Shown: positions 49,270 to 60,699 of the stretch, one piece after another
Layout of the letters: every line of letters starts with the position of its first letter
Position numbering within the stretch: position 1 is the stretch's first letter
Program-made: the position numbers and the translations under genes
NCBI RefSeq assembly: GCF_020745735.1
Contig: NC_083417.1
Coordinates: 15,748,001 to 15,812,000, forward strand
Source of the DNA: Hemiscyllium ocellatum
Taxonomy: Eukaryota
Direction: 5' to 3'
Length of the DNA stretch: 64,000 nucleotides
The notes under the pieces: model-generated
Database searches by the model: none
What the model saw: only the letters and a program-made list of their open reading frames with translations
What the model was told of the DNA's origin: nothing

Positions 49270-49852
49270 AGAGTGGTTTGGAGAGGAACTTGAAGGTGAT
49301 GATGTTCCCACATTCCTGCTATACTTGTCCTTCTAGATGGAAGTGGTTGTAGGTTTGGAAGGTGCTGTCTGAGGATCTTTGGTGAATTTCTGTAGTGCAT
49401 CTTGTAGATAGCACACACTGCCGCTATTGAGCTTCAGTGGTGGACGGAGTGGAAGTTTGTGGATTTAGTGCCAATGAAGCGGGCTGCTTTGTCCTGGATG
49501 GTGTCAATCCTCTTGAGTGTTGTTGGGCTGCACTTATCAAGGCAAGTAGGAAGCGCCCCATTGCTTGTGACTTGTAGATTGTGGACAGGCTTTGGGGAGT
49601 CAGGATGTGAGTTACTCACTGCAGTATTCCTAACTTCTAATTTGCTCTTGTAGCCATTGTTGGTGAGTCCAGTTGAGATTCTGGTTAATGATAACCCTCA
49701 GGAAGTTGATAGTGAGGGATTCAATGATGGAAACACCATTGAATGTCATGGGTGGTGGTTAGATTGACTCTTATTGGTGATGGTCATAGCATATGTGGCA
49801 TGAGGATTACTTGCCGCTTGTCAGCCCAAGCCTGGATATTGTTCATATCTTG
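49270..49852 (-). mobile_element. LINE fragment (family of 24575-27975)
   Basis: Minus ORF PTTLKRIDTIQDKAARFIG. Confidence 0.8.
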
Positions 49853-50146
49853 TTTCTGTACTGAGCATTATAAATCATGGAGGAACACAACTCCTCAGAG
49901 ATGCTTATGACACAATATCACAGGCTCGCATAAATTTCGGGAGTGTTGGTTTTAGCTGAGCAATGGACTGTATGAATGTAAGATTCACCCTAAGAGATTG
50001 GGCTAAGGTCCAGTTGACATGGGCCCTTTTGGCAGCAAGCTAATATTCTAACCAGATTTTTGGTCAGCTGACTTAGAGTTCTGTTCTGAATTGTGAGTTG
50101 GGGTCACAGGGATTATGGTGGGGAGTGAGGGGATGGGAGAAAAATC

Positions 50147-50477
50147 TTAGAATCCCTACAATGTGGAAACAGACCTGTCAGCCCAACAAGGCCGCACTGA
50201 CCCTTCACAGAGTATCCCACCCAAAACCATTCCTCTACATTTACCCTTGAGTAATGCACCTAATCTACACATTTCTGAACAGTATGGACAATTTAGCATG
50301 GCAAATTCACCCAATCTGAGCATCTTTGTACTGTGGGAGGAAACGGGACAACCCAGAGGCAACCCCACAGACACAGGGAGAATGTGCAAACTCCATAACA
50401 GACAGTCACCTGAGGCTGGAATCAAACCTGAGCCCCTGGTCCTGTGAGGCAGCAGTGCTAACCACTGAGCCATCATA
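50147..50477 (-). mobile_element. HE1-type V-SINE
   Basis: agaatccctacaatgtggaaacag...gcagcagtgctaaccactgagcca. Confidence 0.9.
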
Positions 50478-50814
50478 CCACCAATGGGTGGGGATGGAGA
50501 GTAGAGAAGGCAGAATGAGAAAAAAAGGCGAGGAAAGGTCAGAAGACCGTAGGTAAGGAGAGGGAGGTGTCTGTGAAAGCAGACTAATTAATCAACCTGC
50601 TGAGCATCTTGCAGGTGACATAACCATTGAGGCTTTCAATAAATAAAGATTAGATCATGAAGAACTCAAACAATTGGGCAGGATATGACACATAAGATCT
50701 ACCTTGTTGATAATCGATTACTAATAAATCTTACAACTGGCAATTTTATTAGAATTGTTTGAGGAATTAAGAAGCATGCTAGATAGAGGGGAGCCAGTAG
50801 ATATCACATAAAAC

Positions 50815-51410
50815 AGCCTCCTGACAGCGTTAGCAGACATGGCTCCTCATGGAGATTGGGGACAGCAGCAGACTCTTCAAGACGGTGGCATCAGCAAGGC
50901 AACACCTGTGGCTGGTATGGGACTCTGAGCCAGGCACTCCTGGTTGCAGTAGGCCCAAAGTGGGGACTCCTGGCCCTGGTAAGGCGGCTACAGCATGATA
51001 CGCCCAGAGCCCCTGGGGCTCCTGGTGTCATCAAGGGCTGTCGTGGAGTTGGGAATTCCTAGCTGCGGTTGCAGTAGGCTGAGAGCGGGGTGTCCTGATT
51101 ACCAATCAGGCAGCATTGGCAGTGGATTCCTGGTTGAGGAGGGAGTATGGATTCAGCATGGGACTCCATGGCAACGGTGATGTGGGCCCTGCAATGAAGA
51201 GCTGGCACCTAAACTGTGGTGACTCCTATACTGGTGTGTCTGGTGTAGGCAGCAAGGTGGTGGAGGACTCTATTTCAATTATACCATTTACTCTTTTTAT
51301 TCTTAAACTGTTCAAAATGGTGCTGGATTGTGGAAAAAGTAGAAGCCTTTCTCTGTAGTTTACTGTATTATTCACTGTAAAATGCAAGTTACAGTAATAA
51401 ATTATTCTAT
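50815..51410 (+). mobile_element. GC-rich non-autonomous element with Rex1-like tail
   Basis: Interrupts CR1; ends ttcactgtaaaatgcaagttacagtaataaa. Confidence 0.45.
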
Positions 51411-51892
51411 ATTTTGATTTCCAAAAGGCACTCAATAAGATAGTACAACTAGGCTGTTTAATATGGTAAGAGCCCATGGTGTCGGGAATGTATATTAGCA
51501 TGGATAGAAGACTGGGTAGCTAATAGAAGACAGAGAGTTGGAATCGAGGGGTATTTTCAGGATGGCAATCTAAAACTAGTGTAGTGTCACAGGGGTCAGT
51601 GCTGGGTCCACAATTATTTACAATGTACATAGATGGCTTGGGTGAGAAAAGTCAATGTACTAAAGACAAGTTTGTGGATGACATAAAAATAGATGGGAAA
51701 GCAAGTCATGAGGGTGACACAAAGAGTCTCCTGAGGGATGTAGACTGGTTAAGTGAGAGAGTAAAAACATGGCAGATGAAATATAAGATGGGAAAATGTG
51801 AGTTTATGCTGAAAGAATAGAGGTGTTGAATATTATTTAAGTGGAGAAAGACTTCTGAAAGCTGCAACACAGAGAGATTTAGAGTTATTGTG

Positions 51893-52439
51893 TCATACAG
51901 CAACTCATTGGTCCAACTCATCCACATCAACCAGGTATCTCAATCTGACCTAGTCCCATTTGCCAGCATTTGGCCCATATCCCTCTAACCCCTTCCTTTT
52001 CATATACCTATCCAGATGCCTTTTAAATGTTGTTTTGTACCAGTATCCACCAATTCCTCTGGCAGCTTGTTCTGTACTCACACCAGCCTTGGCAAGAACA
52101 AGTTACTCCTCAGGTCTCTTTTAAATCTTTCCCCTCTCAGCTTAAACCTAACTCTCTGGTTTTGGTCTCCTCCATCCTGGGGAAAATACCTTGGCTATTC
52201 GCCTTAGCCATGTCTGTCGTGATTTTACAAAGCTCTACAAGGTCACCCGCAGTCTCCAACAATCCAGAGAAAGAAGCCCCAGCCTATTCAGCCCTCCCTA
52301 TAGCTCAAACCCTGCAATCCCAACAACATCCTTAGAGATCTTTTCTGCACCCTCTCAAGTTTGAATCCTTCCTATAGCAGAGTGACCAGAATTGTACACA
52401 GTATTTCAAAACTGGCCTCACTAATGTCCTGTATAGTTG
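51893..52439 (-). mobile_element. CR1 3' end
   Basis: Reverse CR1 3' UTR (cctagtcccatttgccagcatttggcccatatccctctaa). Confidence 0.82.
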
Positions 52440-53434
52440 AAATTTGGGGAGTTATTACACATAAATCACAAAAAAAAACTAGCATCCAAGATCATCAGGT
52501 AACAGGGAAGGCAAATGAAATGTTGGCCTTTATTTCAGAGAAAATAGATTATAAAAATAGGGAAATCTTACTAAAAGTATACAAGGCATGAGTCAGACTC
52601 TACCTACAATGATATCAACAGTTTTGGTCTTCAAATCTAAGGAACAATATGTTGGCATTGGAGGGAGTCCAGAAAAGATTCACAGAAATGATTCTGGATT
52701 TGGAGGGGTTTGCTCATGAGGAGAGGTTGGGTAGTTTGAGCTTCTACTCATTGGAGTTTAGAAGAATGAAAGTTGACCTTATTGAACAAATGAAGCTCTT
52801 GGAGGACTTGACAGGGTAGATGAGGAAAGGCTGGTTCCCCTTGTAGGCGAGTCTGGGACCACAGGGTAAAGGAGAGTAAGGCCTTTACTCTCAGAGTAAA
52901 GGAGTTGCACATTTAAGACAGAGATGAGGAGAAATGTCATCTATCAGGTGGTTGTGCATCTATGAAATTATTTATGACAGAAGGCTGTCAAGGTTGTGTT
53001 CAGTGTATTTAGTCAATGCTGAGACAGATTTTTAATCAGTAAAGGGAAGCAAGGCTTACAAGGATAAAGCAGGAAAATGAAGTTGAGGATTATCAGATCA
53101 GCACTGACCTTATTGATTCATGGAGCATTCTGCTCCTAGGTCTCATGGTCTTATGTGTGCCAATTGTCTCTCTCAGAACAATGCTGATCCAAGTTAGCAA
53201 CCTTCTGGAGGAGGTTGGATTCCTCTCTCTAATCTCTAAATTTTCAGCCAACAAATGGACCCCATGGAGTGGAATTTCTTTGCCTATACATGACAAGATC
53301 ATTGCTGTGTGGTCACTATGTTATTATAAGTGGATTCAATTATAATTAAGCACAATTAAGACTGCTAAATGCTCAGCAATCATAGGCTTGCTCTACCGTA
53401 CTGGTACAATGCTTTGACTTCACAGATGGATAAG

Positions 53435-53712
53435 GAACATAGGAGCAAGAGGAGTCCATTCAGTCACTCAAGTCTATTCTGTCTAGATCATGGATGATTG
53501 TCTATTTCAACACCATATTCCTGTGCTATCCACATCTCTGTTGATGCCATTAGTAACTAGAAATCTATCGATCTCTGTCTGAAAAGTTTTTAATTATTGA
53601 GCTCCTACAGCCCTGGGGGAAAGGTTCCTCCTCATTTCAGTCCAATTTGTCCTCCCTTTTATTCTGAGACAGTTCTAGGCATCACAGCCAGGGGAAACAT
53701 CCTTTCTTCATC
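53435..53712 (-). mobile_element. CR1 3' end remnant
   Basis: ggaacataggagcaagaggagtccattcag...; supplies the spurious N-terminus of ORF 53597-54016. Confidence 0.6.
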
Positions 53713-54187
53713 GACCAATGTCATCCACAAAATTCCATGCAAGGACTGCCACAAACACCACGTAGGACAAACAGGAAGAAAGTTAGCCACCAGGATACAC
53801 GAACACCAGCTAGCCACAAAAAGACACGACCCTCTCTCCCTCGTAGCCCTAAACATGGATGAAAAAAAACACCATTTTGACTGGGACAACACATCTATCC
53901 TGGGACAGGCTAAGCAAAGACATGCCAGAGAATTCCTAGAGGCCTGGCACTCCAACCACAACATCATAAACAAATGCATAGATCCAGATACCATCTATCA
54001 ACCCCTCAGAAAATGAATAGGAAATGACATCACCACAAGCCCCAGGAACCCCATCCAGGAGAAAGATATAAATAGAAAACAGCTTCGCTTCATTTGGAGG
54101 AGAAAGTGAGGTCTGCAGGTGCTGGAGATCAGAGCTGAAAATGTGTTCTTGGAAAAGCGCAGCAGGTCAGGCAGAATCCAAGGAACA

Positions 54188-54230
54188 GGAAATTCGACGT
54201 TTCGGGCATAAGTCCTTCATCAGGAATTCC
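54188..54230 (-). ncRNA. Minimal type-I hammerhead ribozyme motif (one stem II mismatch)
   Basis: Minus strand AATTC-CTGATGA-A-GGAC-TTAT-GCCC-GAAAC-GTC-GAATT. Confidence 0.68.
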
Positions 54231-54265
54231 TGATGAAGGGCTTAAGCCCGAAACGTCGAATTTCC
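54223..54265 (+). ncRNA. Minimal type-I hammerhead ribozyme motif, intact
   Basis: AATTC-CTGATGA-A-GGGC-TTAA-GCCC-GAAAC-GTC-GAATT; 5-bp stem I, 4-bp stem II; predicted cleavage after C54257. Confidence 0.8.
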
Positions 54266-54333
54266 TGTTCCTTGGATGCTGCCTGACCTGCTGCGCTTTT
54301 CCAGCGACACATTTTCAGCTCGCTTCATTTGGA

Positions 54334-54383
54334 GATCGCCACTGATGATGTTACCTAGCCAGGTAATGAAACGTCTGGATATC
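54334..54383 (+). ncRNA. Minimal type-I hammerhead ribozyme motif of the second Penelope family
   Basis: cca-CTGATGA-T-GTTACCT-AGCC-AGGTAAT-GAAAC-GTC-tgg; 7-bp stem II; predicted cleavage after C54375. Confidence 0.78.
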
Positions 54384-54581
54384 AAATCTACAGCTCAGCA
54401 AGCAAACCTACACCCTAATAACTGAGATACAAACTAAGTCAAACTTAAGCAAGAAGGAGGGGTGGACAGCATTTGCTACTGTGTCAGTCTGTGTCCAGCT
54501 GGACTGAAATGTTCAAATGATTCCTATTAGCTTTTAAACTACACAAGTGAGATGATGCAGGAAACATTCACTCATTGGGTG

Positions 54582-54860
54582 TGTTATGAACCAGGCTGGA
54601 TCCCCTCAAAATAACTTGAGAAGATAGCTGACACCCTCATTTTTTTTCTTATTTTAAAAGTACATGTTAGGTGCTGTGTTCCAGATGTAATTCACTTGAT
54701 CAGACTACACCACGTTAAGCAAACCACAATTTATTCAAACACTATAGTTTAAAATACAACAAAAGAAAGAAGGAGTTAGAATAACTTAAATCTACTAGAA
54801 AATTTAACAGAATGATAGAAATAGCAGCTATTACTAATTAACTGTTTCACTATGGTAATT
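54582..54860. mobile_element. Partial LTR related to 5858-6519
   Basis: tgttatgaaccaggctggatcccctcaaaa...gaagatagc aligns with tgttgtaaactaggccaaacccctcaaaa...gaaggtagc. Confidence 0.6.
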
Positions 54861-55898
54861 CTATTGTCAATTACCTGACAAGTGCATTCTCTAGTTCCAT
54901 CAATCTCTCCTTACTTACTCTGCTCTATCAAAACTATTTGGAACATCACTATAAAGTATCCCCTTAACTCTCTCTGCTCTAAGCAGAACAACTTAGATCC
55001 TGGTACCATCTGGGCAATCCTATTTTGCACCCACTCTGAAGCCTCACATCCTTGGTATTCTGCCCAGAATTGAACACAATACTCTAGTTGAGGGCTCACC
55101 AGAAAATTGGCATCATAAGCTGTGCATCAATGCAAACCCCACCATATCTGTCCATTTTAAAAACAGGATTCACATTTTATACAATGACAATTGGCCAGTT
55201 TTTTTTTCAACACTAAACTCTTCCAAGTTGCATGTAACTAAATAAAAAACTTTCTTCAGCATATTTTGGGTGTGTGCCAAATTAGAGTGTAACGAGAGAA
55301 TTTTACAAGAGTCTTAGGCATCTGTGACAATTGTGATTGAACAGTGCAGTGTGACCCGAAGTATAATTACTTGTTCCTGAACCCAGGAAGGATTTATGTT
55401 CTTAATCTGTGCATGTTTATAGGTCAAACATACCAGCAAGGACACAATTGTCACAAGATCTAACTTTGCAATGCCAAGGAGAATGAATTCTGCAATGAAA
55501 AATATGTGGAAATTTGACAGAAACATCAGGAGATTGGAAATACCGAGGACTAATAGCTAAGGTAACAGGGAACATAGAACTACCTGAAGCTGGTTAAAAA
55601 GATCCCAAAACTTCTTGCTTTGGGAGACCCGAAAGATCTGACTGAAATCAGATGTAACTTCCTGGAGTTTTCAGGAAGGCGAGAATAGCAACATACAAAA
55701 GAGGATCAGGACCTGGCCATTTGGCCCTTTGAACCTACTTCACCATTCAATATGATCATGGCTAACCCTCTAACTCAATGCCTCACTCCTCCACTCTCCA
55801 TTAATTATAATATATAATAAAGTCAACATCGTCCTACTAGATAATTACTGTTCTCTCATTGGTGACAAATGACTGGTGGCACTTTAACCTGGGGACAC

Positions 55899-56836
55899 TG
55901 TTATGAATTTGTGTAGAGTACTTGTGAAGTGGAAGACAGGAAGCTAGAGATTGTTTGTTTAAATGAAAGAAGGATAGAATGTGTGGTTCCTTTAAGAGAA
56001 TAAGTGCTTTTCAAAGCTTGGAAATTTTTTTAAAAATGGGTCTGCAAGCAGCTGTTGATACACAAATAGTTCTAAAATGGAAATATATAACAATTGGCTG
56101 TGTATTTAGAAAACTTTAGGCATGTTTTGTTGTTTTGGTAACTAGCTTGAGTCAGCCAATTAATTTAAACCGAGCCCTAAGATACTGAAAACCTTCATGG
56201 TTGCTGGTAGTCAAAACCAATCTGATTGTAAAGAAATTAATAGGTCATCAAGGATATAAACGAAGTGGGCATTTTGAAAATTGAGAGAGAGTCAACTGCC
56301 ATCTAAAGAGGTAAGGACTTTCCAGCTCTCAGGGAAAAAAAAGCACAATCTATTTAAAAAGATGTATGGCACTCTTGGATAATATTCTTGACAGCAGAAA
56401 ATGACTAAGAAGGTATTTTGGACAGAGGAAGATAATACAGAAAGTTCAAGAAAACACTAGGAGTGAACTTTGACAAACTAAGTTTTCATTTATTGTTTTC
56501 TTATTACTTGTATTTATATAAGTGGGATCTGTGTTATTGGAAGAGCGTACTATTAGAATCTTGTCGTATTTGGGAATAGGTAGTTAGAGAGAGATTGTTC
56601 AGTTTGTTAGTAATTCTGCTAACTTGTTCACTGTTGGAGTTAGATAAATAAATAGTTACTTGTTAATTATAGAGTATGAGAAAGGATTTCATTTCATCTC
56701 ACCACACCTGTTATAACAGATTGAGGGTAAAAGGTAAGATATATCACTCTTCACATTTCTTTTATCAGATTAACAAGGTGATGTGAGCTTTGAGTGATTC
56801 TGTTATCAGAGGGGTGTCAGCCTTCCCTTCATAACA
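55899..56836 (+). mobile_element. Solo LTR, 938 bp, inserted in a tRNA-SINE (55820-55898 and 56837-56970, minus)
   Basis: 9-bp terminal inverted repeat TGTTATGAA/TTCATAACA; 5-bp TSD GACAC/GTCAC; TATAAA ~56255; AATAAA ~56647. Confidence 0.8.
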
Positions 56837-57200
56837 GTCACCAACACCTCAGGTGAGGAACCAGTTTGAGAAGGAGGGAGGTTCATCCCTCAGCTGATGT
56901 GGAAATTGAGCCCACATGGTTGGCCTTATTTTATATTGCAAATTAGCTGTCCAGCCAAGAGCTAATTGATGCTCCCCATATTTTAAAACAGTATATATTA
57001 TAGAATAGTCTACAATTGACTCAATGCATTGACTGAGCTAAAAGAGCAAAACGTCTATCAAGAGACTGACTGAGAGATGCCTCTGAGGACTGAATTAACA
57101 ATACAATGACTTAAGGGTGTCAGGAACCATGTAGTAATAACCAGGCAACAGTGATGATATCCATGAGGCTGCATTAGTTGTCTTTCTTCTTATATTCTTT

Positions 57201-57300
57201 GTCAAAGAATGTGGTGCTTGAAAAGCACAGCAAGTCAGGCAGCACCTGAGAAGCAGGAGAATCGATGTTTCAGGCATAAGCCATTCATCAGGAATGAGCT
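57201..57300 (-). mobile_element. Penelope pLTR-derived short element (family 1), decayed hammerhead
   Basis: 11-bp TSD TTATATTCTTT (57190-57200, 57301-57311). Confidence 0.82.
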
Positions 57301-57338
57301 TTATATTCTTTCCATTGGAGTCAGTTCCAAAATTGTTT

Positions 57339-58227
57339 CAAGTTTAAAAATCACACAACACCAGGTTATAGTCCAACAGGTTTATTTGCAATCACTAGTT
57401 TTTGGAGTGCTGCTCTTGCATCAAGTAGCTGTGGAACAGAATCATAAGACACAGAATTTATAGTAAAAGATTACAGTGTCATGCAACTGAAATGACGTAG
57501 AGTTATAGAGATTTACAGCATAGAAACAGATCCTTTGGTCCAACCCGTCCATGCCAACCAGATATCCTAACCCAATCTAGTCCCACCTGCCAGCACCCAG
57601 CCTATATCCCTCCAAACCCTTCCTATTCATATACCCATCCAAATGCCTGTTAAATGTTGCAATTGTACCATGAAAAACCTAGATTGCTGTTAAGTCTATC
57701 ATCTTTTAGAATGGGTTGCAAGTTTTGGTTCATTAAAATGTAAATCCCATAACTTTTCTTAAGACACATTCCCAAGATAATTTAAGCTTTTTTTTAAAAA
57801 GTGACATCTCAGCTCATACAATGCATTAAAGGTGTAAGGTTAGAGTCTATCTGTATTGCAATCCTGAGACGACTGGTTTTATTTCCAGGAAATACAGATG
57901 TCACCTTTTTTATACAACCTTAAATTGTCTCGAATGAGACTTAAAAGAAGTTCTGGGATTTACATTTTAATGAACCAAAACCTGCAACCCATTCTAAAAG
58001 GTGGAAGACTTAACTGCAATCCAGGTTTGTTCAATTTTTCATTTCAGTTGCATGACTCAGTAATCTTTTGCTCTTAATTCTGGGTCTTATGATCCTGTTC
58101 CACAGCTACTCGATGAAGGAGCAGTGCTCTGAAAGCTAGTTTTTCCAAATAAACTGTTGGACTATAGCCTGGTGTTGTGTGAATTTTTAACTTTGTCCAC
58201 CCCAGTCCAACACCAGCACCTCCACAT
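57339..58227. mobile_element. Long fold-back element (family 3) with ~300-bp inverted arms; nested minus CR1 3' end at ~57500-57670
   Basis: 11-bp TSD CAAAATTGTTT (57328-57338, 58228-58238); arms e.g. tagaatgggttgcaagttttggttcattaaaatgtaaatccca / tgggatttacattttaatgaaccaaaacctgcaacccattcta; decayed hammerhead gatgaaggagcagtgctctgaaagctag at ~58112-58139. Confidence 0.88.
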
Positions 58228-58302
58228 CAAAATTGTTTGAAATTTCTTTGTATGTTGAAAAATGTAGTATACATTCAGAAAACAAATATGCATTCTCTAA
58301 AT

Positions 58303-58630
58303 CAGGGTTGTGGATATCACTGGCTCAGCCAGCACTTGTTGCCCCTCTGTAATTTCCTAACGGGTAGTTAAGAATCAATCATGTTGCTATGGAACTGAAG
58401 CCACATAGGCCAGCAGATTTCCTTCCTGAAGGTTATTGGTGAAATAGATGAGATTTTGCAATGATTGACAGGGGTTACATTGTTGCCATTAGACAAGCTT
58501 TCTCAGTCCAGATTTTTATTGAATTCAACTTTCACCACCAGCCATGATTATATCCGGACATGACCCTAGGACATTAACTTGGAGTTCTAGATTATTACAT
58601 CTGTCACTTTGCCACCATGGCAATGCCTCT
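58303..58630 (-). mobile_element. tRNA-derived SINE (family of 12303-12865)
   Basis: Reverse tail and body (cagatttccttcctgaagg...ttgaattcaactttcacca). Confidence 0.65.
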
Positions 58631-59615
58631 ACCTGTTCTCATTCATTAAAAAAAGGTTGTAGGACATTAAAGTAGAACGGTGTAAAATTGTTTTGTGCCC
58701 CAAAGAAAATCAGCCAATTTAGTTACTAATTCACTTCCTAATAGAAATAGCCTTTCACAACTTTTTAATCAAAATTCATGATAATCTTTCAGAGCTCTCT
58801 CAGATTCACCTAAACCTTTCTCCGTGTAATGAAAAGAGCCTCAGTTGCTCACATCCACCTTCCAAATGGAAGCCCCTTATTCCTGATATCTCCTCCGCGT
58901 TGTTTCTCAGACTTGACATCCTGTAGGAAGGTGTCCAATGCTTGAAATTATGTCCTGGAATTTCTACCTGGTTGAGAGGAATGTTTTACCAAAATTTGGT
59001 TGGAACCTTCAACTGGTACAAAGCCAAATGCAGAATTTCAAACACAAATTAGACCCTGTGCAATCTGAATTTCTGCAGCACTTTGTAGTTGTTAAATAAA
59101 AGTGTCATTCTAAAATTTAGTCCCATATGCAAAACTGGCCCAACCTTCCAAATGCATTAATCTGCGTTGAATGTTTCCACTAACTTTAATTCTTCACAAA
59201 ATCAAAACTGTAAAATGGATTCTTTTGCAAGGGCACAATTATCTCCAGGTGAGGATCAGTTATGTTGGCTCCCCTTTAGGTCAATCACATCCAATATTTT
59301 ACTTCTTCTTTACCATGCAGCTAAAACATTTCAATTAAAAAATCAAAACCATCAAAATCAAGGGGCCCATTACCAGGTAATTTTAAATGAAAGAGAAAGG
59401 ATTGTGTTATCAACTAACCCTAAGGGAGAAAAAAAAGTAGTAACAAGCACAACACACACGTTTACCTCCAGCAGGTTATCTGCGTGCATGAAGCAATGCT
59501 AATCAAACAGATGTTTATTACTGCTAAGTATTATACACAAACATTACAGCTTTCAAATCCTGAAGTCTGTGAATATCAATTATTAATTATTACAAGGAAA
59601 CACATATTCAATGAA

Positions 59616-60285
59616 GGGGGTCATGCTAAAAGTTCCTTGAAAATGGAGTCACAGGTAGATAGGATAGTGAAGAAGGCATTTGGTATGCTTACCTTTGTTT
59701 GTCAGAGTATTGAGTACAAGAGTTGGGAGGTCATGTTGCTGCTGCACAGGGCATTAGTTAAGCCATTTCTGTAATATTGCGTGCAATTCTGGTCTCCTTC
59801 CTATTGGAAGGATGTTGTGAAACTTGAAATGGTTCCAAAAAGATTTACAAGAATGTTGCCAGAGTTGGAGGATTTGAGCTTTAGGGAGAGGCTAAATAGG
59901 CTAGGGCTGCTTTCCCTGGAACGTCAGAGGCTTGCAAAATCATGAGTGGCATGGATAGGATAAATAGACAAAATCTGTTCCCTGGGGTGGGAGAATCTAG
60001 AACAAGAGGGTGAAAGGGGAAAGATATAAAAGAGACCTAAGGGGCAACTTTCTCACACAGACGGTGGTACGTGTATGGAAAGAGCTGCCGGAGGAAGTGA
60101 TGTTCAATTGAACTGGGTAGTACAATTGCAACATTTAAAAGGCATCTGGTTGGGGATATGAATAGGAAGGATTTGGAGGGATATGGACCAGGCGCTGGCA
60201 AGTGGGGCTAGATTGGGTTGGGATATCTGGTCGGCATGGACCGAAGGGTCTATTTCTGTGCTGTACATCTCTTTGATTCTATGAC
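59616..60285 (+). mobile_element. CR1 3' portion
   Basis: SLKMESQVDRIVKKAFGML...; tail ctttgattctatgact. Confidence 0.88.
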
Positions 60286-60699
60286 TGCGAGTAAGATAGA
60301 GTATGAGATCTTTATATGCTCAAGTTATATGCCATGACACAGTGGCAATATCATGAGCATGTCCCTTAAAGGTATACTGACCACGAGACATAATAATAAC
60401 CACATAGTTATTAAAGAAATAAAACAGGGAAAATGAAGGCTGTGTAGTTTAAAAGTATTTTGCATTCTTAGAGTCTCTGAGGTAATTGATTTTAAACCTG
60501 AGACCACACGTGTTTAGTTGTTGACTCAAGTTCTCAACAATGGCAACTTTTGAACATAGCCTTGAGTTCTTGAGTGCTTTTTTCAATTTGCTTTTGTAAT
60601 TTACAGTCTCTGGGTTTGAGGGAAAAGTGTCTGGCTCTTGTCATTTTAAAATAATTTTCTGTGTTTGTTTTGCTGTATTCAATAGAGTTTAGTCGGATA

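Larger units (their letters stand above)
50660..53155 (+). mobile_element. Old CR1 RT-to-3' UTR, split by insertions at 50815-51410 and 51893-52439
   Basis: DFQKA, QGSVLGPQLF, KFVDDIK, KCE, 3' UTR ggattatcagatcagc...tctcatggtcttatg. Confidence 0.8.
54100..54319. mobile_element. Near-perfect palindromic family-1 element with two opposed hammerheads
   Basis: Symmetry centre GGAATTCC (54223-54230); 15-bp TSD TCGCTTCATTTGGAG (54085-54099, 54320-54334). Confidence 0.92.
53713..54420 (+). mobile_element. Penelope-like element (second family): GIY-YIG C-terminus + 3' pLTR with hammerhead
   Basis: NVIHKIPCKDCHKHHVGQTGRKLATRIHEH...FDWDN..IL...REFLEAWHS...INK; hammerhead at 54334-54383. Confidence 0.88.

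Noticed and set aside
53597-54016. 139-aa ORF as a novel fusion gene
   Set aside because: The N-terminus is antisense CR1 sequence joined by chance to a truncated Penelope GIY-YIG fragment; non-ATG start.
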